Assembly (NCBI GenBank): GCA_030704615.1 | Contig: CM060733.1 | Coordinates: 14,880,001-14,944,000 of the forward strand | Source of the DNA: Takakia lepidozioides | Taxonomy: Eukaryota; Plantae; Bryophyta | Length of the DNA: 64,000 nt | Direction: 5' to 3' | Shown here: in pieces, positions 11,763 to 24,418 of the stretch | How the letters are laid out: each line of letters starts with the position of its first letter | Position numbering within the stretch: the stretch's first letter is position 1 | Translations under genes and position numbers: made by a program | The notes under the pieces: generated by a model | Told to the model about the DNA's origin: nothing | Database searches by the model: none | What the model saw: the letters and a program-made list of their open reading frames with translations, nothing else

Positions 11763-13378
11763 TTGAAACTTTGAGGTCGGGAGCATTTTTTTTGTTTTTC
11801 TCGAGAAAATGGATTCCATTAATGAGTAATTTTCAACCTAAGTAGATAGATACCCCTCTATTTTTTCATCCACTTTCATCCATGGAAGTTATTCTGTGGA
11901 TGAAATTGGCTGCGACCCTATTCAGGTGCGCCGGCCTTTAGGGGTTAAAAAGAAAAGTAAAAAAGAGAAATGTGGGAGTGGAAAAGTGAGAATAACCACC
12001 CACCGGTAATCAAGCCCCCTCTACTTATACTCATTCGTCCATCTGTTTATATCTACTAATAGACAACCAAATTGTAGCCGAGTGATAAAGGGCACATACC
12101 ACCTCGGAAGTGGTGGTGGGTTCAATTCAATCCACTGTTTGGTGTCACAAAGGAGTCCACTTTCGCCCTGGATGGCAGTAGCCCTTGGGGGTCTTGGCGT
12201 CGTTATCATTATTATTAATTCTCTATGAATAATATTGCATATATTCATCCAACTAGTAGTGTTTTTTTCACATTCATCCATCACCTTGGAAAGTTTCATA
12301 CGTAAGCTAATGATTGGATGAGTTGTCACCCTCTGTGGTGCCTCTGGTCATCCATCTACAGTAAGGACCAGCTCACCACTATCCTCAAAAGCAATCCCAT
12401 GGTCATGATTATATATTTCTTTTCAATATTGTTTTTTCTATCCAATCTTCCGTTTACTAATGGGACATTATTGATAAAGCAAAGAAGAGGTAACTTATCA
12501 TAATGCATCCGTTTTCTTTTTTCTTAAAAAGGGACTCAAGCCTCTGTTCCCTTTTCCAAAAACAACAAAAAAGAAAAGAAAAGAAGAGGTACAGAGAAGG
12601 GAATTGAGGTCCCTGGGCCCACCCCTCCACAACACAACAAAAGTAATAATAGCGTTGTGGGCCATTTTGTGGGTTGCATGGCAATGAGGCCTTTATGGGT
12701 GTCTGGAATCCCAGAAAGCAAAACAATATACAATTCAGGGAAGAAGAAGTGTGAGGAAAACCCAGTGGTGACTGAGGACGAGGGATTTGAACACGGGACC
12801 GTCGTAGAAATAACTATAAATATAGAAGGAAGCGCGTATTAAAAGATGGGCGCAGTCGTCTTCCTCGTCGCTGCGATGCGTTTGCGGGACACGCACGAGA
12901 CTGAAGTGGAGAGACGAGGAGAGGGTGCCCCTCCGTCTTTTCTGTCACCATCATGATTTGTGAGCGTTATGTAAGACGAGTAGATTGCTTCTGTTGCTCG
13001 TTTTCCTTTTCGTGTGAGTCTCGTGGTGATCTTTCAGTCTCGAATCCACACTTTGTTGGAGCGTCAATGGTGCTGGCATTCTCAGGAGCTCGGTTTTGAT
13101 GTGCAACTGTGACTCCTTCTCTCTCTTGGTATTTTCCAATCGGGTGCATTGGCGTGGAGCTCGTGGTACTTTAGTCGTCTGGTAGTGGTCACTCAGGCGG
13201 GCGGCACATTGGTGGTGCTGTTCCTTGTTTAGGTAGAGTTGATTGGCACAAGGTGCCAGTTTTGAGGAGCAAGTTTTGCGTACAAGGTCGCTGGCGATGG
13301 CTGAGAGGTTCTAGTTTTTTTTTGGCACCCCCCTCCGCGTCAGATGGATGACCGAGAGTGGGTCCCAGGAATCCGGTG

Positions 13379-15519
13379 ATGCAGAACGGCAAAGAGCCTA
13401 TGCATGTGTACGCCCGCCCACCAGCTGGACATGTTTCCTCTCCTGTCACATCACCAGGTTGCTCTCCGCGGCTCCGCAATGGGCGAACGAAATCTGGGAG
13501 GATTGTGTTTGTGGGTGGAACTCCGTCCCCGCGCACAGTCTCGCAGAGGTTATCGATTTTAATTCTTTCGATATTTCTGAGGAGGCATGGAGTTCTCCTT
13601 CTTGTACCTCTTATTTATATTTCTGGCATGGTGCTCTACATGGGATCTTCATCAATGGATATGCCGAGATTATCAAAGCGCGCACCTGCGGGATCGCTTT
13701 ATCGCAGTCCCGAAGTGTTCAGGCAGTTGTGGCCGGATATGGAGCGGGCCAATGCTGCGATATACGGGGTGCTTATTGCTCCCCATTGTTTGTCCAATTT
13801 GTTCGAATAACGCTTAGTAGTTTTGGACACCTCACATTTCACGTACATCTCAGTGGAATATTTGATTGATGCAATCGGATTCATCTCATAAGCTTGGTGT
13901 TGGGCGATGGCATCCTACCCATGTTCACCTCACCTTTTGTCGTTGTATATTCACGTATAATTAACACACGTCAGAGATCCAACTGCTTAGATTGAATGAT
14001 TAAAATTGAATGCTGAGGAAACTTGGGGTAGAGCAAGAGGAAGTTTTTACCTTCGAAGTTAGTAAATTTCTGGCTCCTGTGTCTTCATATCATTTTTATG
14101 TCTGGCTTCATGTGCAGTCAGTCTGTCTCTTCCTCCTCTCTCAGTCAGTCAGTCAGTCTGGCAGGTGAGACGAGGGGAAATAGCCATCACACTATCAATC
14201 CAAAATCTGGATGGTAACCATGGCTAGAGGAGACAGGCGGACCCTCCCAGAGCCAGCAGGCCTACAAAGTCATACAAGCAGACCAAGTTGCTCATGCACA
14301 TGCCTTCAAAATTGCATAGGACTTTCATGTTTCTATTCTGTTATATGTAGTCATGTAGTAATCTCAGCGTGGGTGATGTGTGTAGGTTGGATTGGGGAGG
14401 TTGGAGCCAGACTGCTCGGGTCATGGACGGCAGGTATTGGAAACCTGGGAGTATCCAAAGGAGGGTGGTGCCTGGAAGCCCTGCCTTCAACATGATTCTG
14501 TAGAAGGTGGAAAATTCTTCTCTTGTGATGAGGTGTGCAAAGGCTTTGTCTGTAGTGGGGTGCCACCAAGAAATAGTTAGAGTGGGCAGGGTGGTATGGA
14601 TTTGTGGTTCACTGTGCTGTATTTGCCAGAGTATTCTGAATTAGTAACTCATGTCAAGAGAGCAAAGTATTACTCCACAAACAAATTTTCTGAGGATCAG
14701 AGGCTACTCCATTCAAATACCTGTGGTTTAATAAACAGTTCCTTCATTTCTAGATAATTAAAATTGGCATTGTTTTCCTGCTTCAGTCGGTATCTACACG
14801 AACAGGAACTCATGCTTATGAAGCACCGTGATGTATAGATACAGACTGTACTCATCGACCATTCCCTCACCAGAAGATGAAATGCCTCATGCAGGTAGCT
14901 GCCAGGCACTTCTGGGGGCCATACAGAAATGTATGCTTGCTGGCTTGTGCTTTAGACACACCAGTTGGTAATAACGGTTGCTATGGTCCCAGGTTTTTCC
15001 AATAATGGCTACATACTAATAGAGGCTAATGGTGGACTCAACCAGCAGCGCTCCACAGTACGTCCGCTTCTTTACTCATACAACATCCTGGCTCTTACAG
15101 GTTGTTGAATTTTCAAGTTACACTGTTGCATATCCCTTTCTCCTCCATTTTTCTCTCTTCTGAGCCTCCCGTAGACATTATAAAGTTATTTCTTTTTCTT
15201 TGTCCCATTGGACCTTTTCGCATTTTGTGGAGTTAATAAGTCTCTTTCTCTCAATCCGACTGACAATCCCTTGATCAATAGTTGTTTTTGGGCTGGTTGT
15301 TGAGGGCCCCTCTGTCTTTCTTGTTTCATCTTTCTCTTAAGCATAAGCTCTTTCATCTTTCCACGGACACTATAAAGTATCATTTCATTTCTCTCTCTGT
15401 CTCTGTCTCTCTATCTCTCTCTTTCTCCCTGACATATATATCTGTGCCTTTGTGTTCTGCTCAAACTGGGCGTGGGGACAATGGCCACAAGGCTACGGCA
15501 AATCAATGTCTTATGAGTA

Positions 15520-15563
<44 letters not shown>

Positions 15564-18500
15564 GTTCACTTGGAAGTCAATGGCTGTGCAGGTTTGCAAT
15601 GCTGTAGCAGTGGCGCGCTTGCTGAACACAACCCTTGTTATCCCTCGGTTTCATCTCAACAGTGTTTGGAAAGACCCTAGGTGGGCAAACTTCTTGATTC
15701 TTTCACCCCTATTTTGGCAAGTCGAGACAACCTAACTCCTAATAGAAGGAATAGGCCTGAAGTTTAAAGGAGCTGGTTTTAGTCACACTGGCTTGGTTGG
15801 CATTGTTCTTCCTCTTGCCATAAGTCAATAGATTATGAACTAGTAGTTGGTTGTTTGCAGCAAGTTCGGTGAGATCTATGATGAAGAGCATTTCATCAAC
15901 ACACTCGCCTCCCAGGTGAGGGTGGTGAGGCAGCTGCCTGAGGAGATAATGGCAGGGTATGATAACACCAGCATGATCTTCAAGTTTAAATCCGTGAAGG
16001 CTTGGGCTAGGCCTACTTACTATCTCAATACTGTCCTTCCCAAGCTGAAGCAGTTAGGGTATGTTGAAGCCTCTGTCTCTCTCTCCCTGTTTGCTTTTAA
16101 TATTTTCTTGGATAATATTAATAGGGATACATCTTATTGTTCTACTTTTTTCCCTTGGGTTTCTCCTTCTTTATGTTCAACACTGGGATTTCATCTGGTC
16201 GTTGAGTTCTGTTGGCCTCCTGTGCACGTATTCTTCTTGGCCCTCCTGTGAATTTGACAGATTTCCTCTTCTCTCTGAGCACCATGTAGAGGACCCTATG
16301 TGAGTCTCAACTTGACCAAGGGGTTTCACAGTGGAAGGATATAATTAATCTCTTTCTTAGCATGCTGTTTGTGAATGAGGGGATGTTGACTAATAAGTGG
16401 GCTGTGCTGCATGATTCGGCACTCAGAGTGATTAGATTCTCCCCGTTTGCAAATCGGTTATCATTTGATGGGATTCCGAAACACATTCAAAAGCTAAGGT
16501 GTTTCACCAATTTTGAGGCCCTGCGGTTTGCACCACCCATCGCATCACTTGGAGAGATCCTGGTGAAGCGAATGATTGCAAAGAGTGCCAACAGTAAAGG
16601 CAACTACATTTCGGTTCATCTCCGGTTTGAAGAGGTTGCAGTGCTATCCTCCATTGAGTCTTTGGGCTTGAAGTTTGCACTGTGGTGTTTGTATGAACAT
16701 CTGTTTATGTCACTTTCATTGCAACAGCTTGAGGGCAACACAATATGTTGAACCCAGCTCTGAGCAAATGTGGCCTTGCACCTAGGGGCTTCTGAGTATC
16801 TAAGTCGGAGTTTGGCAGAATAGGCCTTAGTTGCATTTAAAGTGGCCCATTAAAGAGTTCCCATTTACTGTATGAGAGGCTAGAAGTGATGTTGTCAATA
16901 GTAAGTGAAAAAGTGTTAAAAGTTTACCTGGCATTGTGGTAACGGTAAATCACCATCACATGGTGAAGGTCACTTTTGTCAGATTTTAAAAGAAGTCCCT
17001 TAAATATTGGCCATGGTAGCAGGATATGGTAGCATTTTCATGCTGTGTATACGAGGGTGGCAAGGAAGAGAAACTTGAATTGGATGGCGCGCGGGAGAGT
17101 GCATGGAGGGGCAAGTTCAGCAAAACTGGTCGTGTCATCGACCCTGGAGCTATTAGGATGAATGGGAAATGCCCGTTGACACCATTAGAGGTCTGTCTCT
17201 GTCCCTCTCTCTTATGTGTTTTCTGCAGCAATGGCCTCCCTTTCATAATTCTGCTCTCTTGTTGGTCCACACTGGGCACATTGATTGTGGATATTTTTGG
17301 AATGCTTTAAGGAAATATTGAGCTGTCGTCAAGCCAATGAAACACAAACTTCCTCGTATTCTTGAACAGGGCAGCTGGAGACCTCTTGTGCTTCGATTGT
17401 ACTGTGACTTCAAGAAATGACCCTAGCTTGAGTACCCCCAAGAGAGGCATCTGTACGCTCAGTGCAGAGTAGTGGGCTTCCATCATGTGAGGCCATTAAA
17501 GTGCCCATTGGTGTGAGTGAGGCAATGTGTGTGGCTGGCTCTGGCATCATTCTCCTTCAGTATATAAGACTCCATTACACATTTTGCCACAAATCATTGT
17601 TTTCTCCAATTTTGAGGCTTTAGACCTGTCTTCTGGTTAGGAAGCTTGATCTAAGTTTCTGAAACTAGATTTGAATCTATGGCAGGTGGGCATGGTGCTG
17701 CGAGGCATGGGATTTGGGAACACAACCCCAATCTACCTAGCCGCTGGGAAAATCTACAAAGAGAAGGAGAGCATGGCACCCCTATGGAAAATGTTTCCAC
17801 TTTTGCAGACAAAAGAAACGCTACTCTCCACTGAAGAGTTGCTGCCATTTAAGGTTTTGCGAACACTTTATCCCTTGGCCGATCTTTCTCTTGTTCATCG
17901 TAAAGAGAGAGAAAAGGAAACTTTACTCATAAGCGACGTTTGCTGTAGCCTTGAAGTCAATGAGCCTGTGCCCAGTTTGGGCAGATTGTTCCGCTAAACT
18001 GGGCTCAGGATCTTGCCCACAAGGCTACAGCAAACAACCTCTTATGAGTACATTCTCTCCACCTTGTTCTGCACAAACTGGCCACAAGACTATGACAAAT
18101 GTTTTATGAGTACCTTCTCTTTCTTCGTCATAATTTCTTTCTTTCTTTCTTTCATTATTGGTATCATTTCATTTCATTTGTTCTCTTTATTGACATCCAC
18201 ACCATAATGTGGAAGTTACAAGTTACCCAATTCTTTCTGATGTGATGTTAATGTGATCCCTAATCCAACTGTCTATCAACTATGGTACTCTATCACTAGT
18301 GGAAAGACAGCCTGGCTTTCAGATCATAGTGGGTGACAACCCCATGACGTACTTCGGAAGGGTGAAAACCAAGAGGGCTATAGTTCATTGTAGCCAACAT
18401 GTACAGGAGATGCTCAACAAATACATCAACACATCTTCCTTTTAGATAACTAGGCTAGATATTGAAACACAAAGTTTGTGGGCCCTGGTGGCAGGATTAT

Positions 18501-19213
18501 TCGTCACGTATGGCAGCTTTAGATTACACAGTGTGTCTGCACAGTGAAGTGTTTGTGACAACACAGGGGGGAAACTTTCCCCAGATTTTAATTGGGCATC
18601 GCCGCTTTCTCAACAAGGGCCACTCTAAGACCATTCGTCCTGACAAGCGCAAACTCGTATTGCTATTGGACAATCCTGATATTGGGTTAGTGGAGTCTAA
18701 ACCCCTCTTTTGTTTGGTAGCATGGTATGTTATTGCACATCTTGAGTCTGATCTCCTTCTGTGAGCTGAGTGCTCTTAATGTGGGTATGGATCCATTTGA
18801 TGTTAAGGAAGACTATGTGCACCGAGATATCTGGAGTGCCTGGTTTAAATCATTGCCCCCATAACAGGGTTCAGAATCTAGTGAACCAGTATGTGCATTC
18901 ATGTAGTGGCACCCATTAGTTGCCTACAACTCAATGGGAGGTCCTATTTGTCAAGGGAAAGATAGAGTATCATGTCTAGGGCTGCTTATAAAGTGTTATG
19001 ACATGGTTCTGCATGAACAGATGGAAGAGGTTTTCTTACCACATGGAGGAGATGCGGAAGCACAGTGATGAGAAAGGCCATGAGTTGCGCAAGAAGGATG
19101 CGTCCATCTACACATACCCAGTGCCCGAGTGCATGTGCCCCGAAGATCCAACTCTTACCACACAAACTAAAAAATCATGGTTCCAAAAAGTGAGATTGAA
19201 GCCTATTCTTTGA
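13379..19213 (+). CDS. O-fucosyltransferase family protein (GT106/PF10250, RRT-like Golgi type II membrane glycosyltransferase), 10 exons
   Basis: GT-AG exons ~13379-13768, 14434-14506, 14993-15057, 15592-15680, 15861-16058, 16407-16634, 17023-17190, 17686-17853, 18495-18685, 19021-19213. Motifs: [84 protein letters not shown]-terminal TM segment. Confidence 0.93.
15441..15559 (+). mobile_element. 5'-truncated LINE 3' end with (CT)n tail (intronic)
   Basis: TCTGTGCCTTTGTGTTCTGCTCAAACTGGG...GGCCACAAGGCTACGGCAAA..GTCTTATGAGTACATT(CT)n; same sequence as the 3' end of the LINE fragment at 43503-44027. Confidence 0.75.
17905..18120. mobile_element. Three copies of the same LINE 3'-end motif (one on -, two on +) in one intron
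   Basis: 17905-17985 (-), 17988-18060 (+) and 18065-18120 (+) all contain AAACTGG...CAAG(G/A)CTA..(G/A)CAAA...TTATGAGTA..CTCT. Confidence 0.7.
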
Positions 19214-22200
19214 CTTGTGCATGCTTTTAGTCACAGCATTCACAGGATAGCTTGTAGCAGGTGTGTTGGAAGAGTTGTGTGTGGCAGTCCTGCAGGGTTA
19301 TCGCACATAGCATGTGCTCCCCTTTTATTGATGCCCTACTCATTGTAAATTTGTTCTTTTGTTATCTCAATTGCTTGAATTATTTCTGTAAGTAATACAA
19401 TGTCTATGGAATTGCCATAGGTTTGGCACTTCCAAAAGGTTTCTCCATCACTTCCTAAGCTCCAATGTGTACTGGCCTGATTTTCTGGAGTCCATGGAGT
19501 GAGGATGTACTCAGGAACCCCTGACACAGGTAGAGACCTCTTAAAATGGATGAGGGAGATCAAGGTATACTATGGATCGTGCTAAGTACGTCTAGCATTA
19601 GGTGGTGCAACTCTCCCCTCATGATTGGCAGGATGTAACTGGATGATTTCTCTGCTGTCTATTGGAACAATGCTCACCTCGTTTCCTGGGCAACTTGCAA
19701 TCCCCTCTAGTGACTACTGTGCATATGGCTACTTTGTTGCTGGCTAGTTCTGTGGTTGTTTGGCCTTCGCAGATTTGTAAGGGTCATTGTCTCACCCGCA
19801 GCAGCTGCCCTGTGCTTTATAGACGAGGTGCAGATTTTACCTCTTCTCTCTCTTTCATTTGAGCTGCTTTTTCTTGGCAAGTTCTTTGCTGAATCACTCT
19901 CCCCTGGTTGGTGTATGTATGCTCAGTTGTTCCTCTGTTGATTTGGACAGCGTCAGAATTCTTGGTTGGGGCCGGCCAAGGTAGTGGTTTTTGGTTTGTA
20001 AAGTTTAGGGTTTAGGGTTCCCGGCCTTGGAGCATAAGAGGCTCTGCACCCTCATTACATTTCAGAGGTTGAGCTCAGACTTTGCATTGTACTGTATAAA
20101 ATCAACACAATTGGACCAGGGGGTAGCTACCACAGGCTGTGGAGATTAGTTACTCTCACTCTCTATCTGCGCACTGAGCAAAAACCACAGTGCGTCAACA
20201 TCTGCCAGGACCATCACAATGCTTTGTTTAATTCAACAGTCAGTCTCCCTTGTCCGGACCAATTTGAAGGTTCAGTAACAATGTGATTGCACATGGAATA
20301 ACATCCAAGTCACCTTGCTTGGCCTCTTTGGACAACTTCTCATGAACAGATGCAAAGAGAACAATGATCCAGCCTGAGCTGGTATAAATAAGAGCTACTC
20401 CCTCATGCAGGTGTAGCACTCTGTCAAGGACATGGCTAAGGTCTGGTGGCTGTTCTGTGTTTAACATACTCAAGATGTTTTGAGCTATATGATCGAAATA
20501 TTGCGAGACTCCGATAATTTATGCATAGCAAAAGACTCGGTGGCCTTTAATGCACTGAAAGACCTGAGTCTGGGTCAGTGAGGATTTCAGAGAGTGGAAT
20601 GCCTCCCACTTCCCCATGTTGGGTTGTGCCTGTACTCGGTTTGCCATTACTTGCATGCACACCTAGTTAAGTTGTACATCATTGTCTGATCCCCTGCAAA
20701 AAATATGTACTCACAGTAGCCCTGACATACACAAGTACCCCATAATCTTCTTGGAATCACAATTGTCTTCAATGAGTCTATCAAGACATTAAGGATTGGT
20801 GGCAAAGAGTACAAAGAAGATGATCACAACCAGCAAGAGCTTGCTGGCAATGCAGGAGTGTGGTGGAAAGGTCAGGTTGAGTTCTATGTATTTTGCTCAG
20901 CTGCAACTCCACAACTGTGATTGTAGGAGAGTCACTGGGACCAGCCTGGAAAAGTCTTTGACAATGTAGGGAACAGTAAATGAGCACATCCTCATCTCTC
21001 CCTTTTTCTCCACTCTCCATTTCGTTAATTGGCAAGGAATAGAAACATCCCAAACCTCATCAATCAAAAACCCACACACAAACTTGGCAAGCCGAGTCTT
21101 GCCAACCCAGGAAGGCTGCCCTCAGAAAAGTACACCAGTGCTTGCTAACCTGGGGAAAGTGGTTTGAGTTGAAGGCAAAGCAACAGGAGTGGGAAAGCTG
21201 AAGCAATAAAACCCCCAGTCCCTAGTCTGCCAGACATGACTGTGAAGGGATTATGTCACAGCCCTTCATAACTCGAGGACTGCAAACTCAAGACCATACA
21301 TACACAGTGAGGAGATAGGCGCTGTCGATCTCATTCTCGCGAGAGGCATGAAGACTTAAAGTTCTTAGAAAGTTATCTGCACAACACTGTTTCTGGGTAG
21401 CAGAAACATACCAAAGCAACGGGTGTAAATCTTTTTCATCTCTGCTTTGAGCTTGAACCTCATTTGGAACTTCATTTTAGACCACAGGAATGCACCCTTT
21501 CAGTCTTGGCTTGAAAGCCAAAAGTAAACTTCTTTCTCTCGCTCCAGCCTTTTTTCCCATTAGTATGACTGCAGTCCTGTGGCCATTTTAAGATCTATTT
21601 CCAGCTAGAGCAGCAGACTTGAATCTCATGCTTTTCTAACCTGAACTCAGCATTCTAGCAAATACATAACCCTCATTTCAGATTCTCAGTTGTGCATAAG
21701 CACAGTGGACATTTCATTTCAGTTCAGGCTTCAGGATATAATACTCAGCAGGTTAAAAGGGTGCATCATTGCCCAAAATTGCCAGCGACCAAAATTTTCC
21801 TTAAGCATGGATTTCATACTCAGTAGTAAAAGATACATTCCAGCACTGGTGCTATAGCCTCCCTTCTGTTGTGTGACAACATGGCCAATCACCGTATCCC
21901 ATATGGAAAAAGGGGATAGCAGTAACTATATAGAACGACTCCGGTCTGACTCTCAGAATCAGTTGTGGTGGAGAAAAAGCTGATTCTGCACCCCGGCTAA
22001 GGTGAAAACACTCCTTGATAGAAAAACTTTATGTACAGCTGTGAAGATACCATGAGGTACATACAAGGCAGCCCTTCATTAAACGCATGAATGTTCTGCT
22101 CACTGGTCTGCACATGTTACTTACATGAGGAATACTACAGAATCTGCATTCTACATAGTATCCACTGGGCAATACCCAACCTATCAAGTGAGTATACTCA

Positions 22201-22444
22201 CCTGCCTGTTTCACTCTAATACTACACAAGAACACGCCGCCCTCTGTCTTAAAAACGAATCTTGGACTAGCACACGCCAAGCCAACTTCGCTCAGAGCAG
22301 TAGTACACCAACTGTCTCTGTCAGCAAATCTGAATCTGGAATATATTCCATCAACTCGTTCATTAGTGTGGCAACCCACTGACATCATAGCTCCCCAGCT
22401 AGTCAGTGAAAGCCATGCTGGAAAAAGTGAGAGCAAGAAGGCTC

Positions 22445-24418
22445 TTAATCACTCATGATGCCAACAGTCAAACCTGGGACAGCTCCCATATCTTCATCGC
22501 TCTTGACAACAAGCTTTGCAGATTCACTCTCATTGTTTTCACGCCTTTTGGCAGGGTTGGCCACCTTTGGGCGAATTAGCTTAGAAGCTTTGACAGCTCC
22601 ATCCTTTGCATTCTCATTCATACTCCCTGCCGACACCCTGCTGCTCTTGACCTTCCCTCCCTCCCCAGACCCGCCCTTGGGGTACTCACTTCCAGAAGAG
22701 GAACCATTGGATGCAGCCCTGATAGGCTTGGCACCAAGCCCACCATCAGATTCTGATACAAGCCCACCGTCTTTCTTCATGTCCTCTCTCTCATTGCCCT
22801 CTGTAACCAATTTGCTAGGCACCAACTCATCATCACTGGGACTGACCACAGCACGGGGAGCGATTTTGGCAAGCCCCACACTCTCATCTTTTTCACTGCC
22901 ATTAGGCTTAGCTCGCACACTGGTTTTCTCACTAGGCATCTTTCTGATGGTTGGTTTTCTAATCACTGTTTTCTTGGCATTGTCTTCGGAGGCATCACTG
23001 GACTTATGTTGCACACCAACCCCAATTTTGTGGTCATGTTTAAATCGCCCTACTGGAGATGATGATCCCCTATTTTCTATTCCTGCACTGCTGCTACGCC
23101 TCGAAGTTGCCAGCTTAGGGGACTTGGCGCGTGTTAGTGGAATCTTCTTCATTTCCACCTTTGGTACTGGAGTTTCTTGATAGAAGTTAGGCATTGGCGT
23201 AGCTTTGAATGTCAGACTCTTCCGCAATTGTCTCATCTCCGCCTCCATGTCTTCCTGGGTCTTCGCTTGTATTTGGGTCTTCTCTGCCTCCTTTGCCCTG
23301 AGCCTTTCTTCCAGCTTTGAATAATACTCCCTTCGTTTCTCAGCCCTCTCATCACATTTAAAACTGAAGCTACTTGCACCGCCGGGAGGCTGGTTGACCT
23401 TGATCTTCAGTGCAGGATACAACAACTCATCCTCATCCTCCAGCTTTACCTCGCCATCCTCATAAATATCTCCATCTTGCTTTTCTGATGGCAAGGCTTT
23501 TATACCAGGCAATGGCTTTGCTGACTTCCCTGGGGTTTGAGGTTTCTTTAAGGCTGTGCGCACTGCACCCCCACCATTCCGGAGCAACCTGGATCCATCA
23601 CCCTCTGCTGGACGACCCCCAAGTGAGGCTCTCTTTTCTGTTGCTAGAGCAAATGGCTGTGGGACAGTCAGCTTTGCACGAGATGCTCCTGCACCAGCTA
23701 GGCGAGGAACAGCAAAGGATCCGGGCTGGGAGGCACCCTCCATAGAATCAGATGTATCTTCTCCAGCAAGTCTTTTGGTTCTTGGAAATTTTTCTGTGTC
23801 CACCTTTGAGTGAACCTTCACCCCAGCAGCTGGAGCTGTAGATGGCCGCACCTTAGATACTTGTTGAGAACCAACATTTGCATATTTCTTAGTCGCCTTA
23901 ACTGGCTTCCCCATCTTCACCTCAGCAGGTGTGCCATTTGCCTTAAGTTCCAAATCATTAGCAGCTTCATGGGGTTGGTGTGAATCTCCATTGGCTTCAT
24001 GAGTCTTGGCTGCATCTAGTTCTTCCCCACTCATTTCTCCCTCTTCAGCCTCAAATTCCTCAGCCAAACGAAGGAGAGTTTGAAGCTCATCGGGCTTGGT
24101 CTCCACAGCATCACCGTGCTCTCCAAACTCCATTGTCCCTGCTTCTTCAGCAACGTGCATTCCTGTTTCTTCACCCAGTCCTTCAGTTAAATGAGCAACC
24201 GGTCTTGCCAATTGATCAGTAATTGGCTCTTCCACATGTGGGGGCACCTGGCTCCCCACTACCTCACCCAGTGCATCAGGTAAGGCTCCTGTTGCTCCTT
24301 CAACTTCGAGAGGCGAACCTTCATCCACTGGGGTCTCCCCATCGGTTGTAGAGAAGTCTAATGTTCGTGCTACAGACATAGCCTCATCTGGAAATAGAAT
24401 CCCCCCTGCGTCACTCAT
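22445..24418 (-). CDS. WVD2-like/TPX2 C-terminal domain microtubule-associated protein (WDL family), single coding exon, ~657 aa
   Basis: Uninterrupted ORF with first ATG at 24418. Contains TVPQPFALATEKRAS and FSFKCDERAEKRREYYSKLEER...LRKSLTFKATPMPNFYQE...LTRAKSPKL (KLEEK/TPX2 domain). Confidence 0.9.
   Translation of the reverse strand: MSDAGGILFPDEAMSVARTLDFSTTDGETPVDEGSPLEVEGATGALPDALGEVVGSQVPPHVEEPITDQLARPVAHLTEGLGEETGMHVAEEAGTMEFGEHGDAVETKPDELQTLLRLAEEFEAEEGEMSGEELDAAKTHEANGDSHQPHEAANDLELKANGTPAEVKMGKPVKATKKYANVGSQQVSKVRPSTAPAAGVKVHSKVDTEKFPRTKRLAGEDTSDSMEGASQPGSFAVPRLAGAGASRAKLTVPQPFALATEKRASLGGRPAEGDGSRLLRNGGGAVRTALKKPQTPGKSAKPLPGIKALPSEKQDGDIYEDGEVKLEDEDELLYPALKIKVNQPPGGASSFSFKCDERAEKRREYYSKLEERLRAKEAEKTQIQAKTQEDMEAEMRQLRKSLTFKATPMPNFYQETPVPKVEMKKIPLTRAKSPKLATSRRSSSAGIENRGSSSPVGRFKHDHKIGVGVQHKSSDASEDNAKKTVIRKPTIRKMPSEKTSVRAKPNGSEKDESVGLAKIAPRAVVSPSDDELVPSKLVTEGNEREDMKKDGGLVSESDGGLGAKPIRAASNGSSSGSEYPKGGSGEGGKVKSSRVSAGSMNENAKDGAVKASKLIRPKVANPAKRRENNESESAKLVVKSDEDMGAVPGLTVGIMSD

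Noticed and set aside
20003-20018. Telomeric (TTTAGGG)2
   Set aside because: Only two units; expected by chance or as a telo-box.
22455-23813. Antisense ORFs (241, 111 and 85 aa) over WDL
   Set aside because: Shadow ORFs of the real minus-strand CDS.
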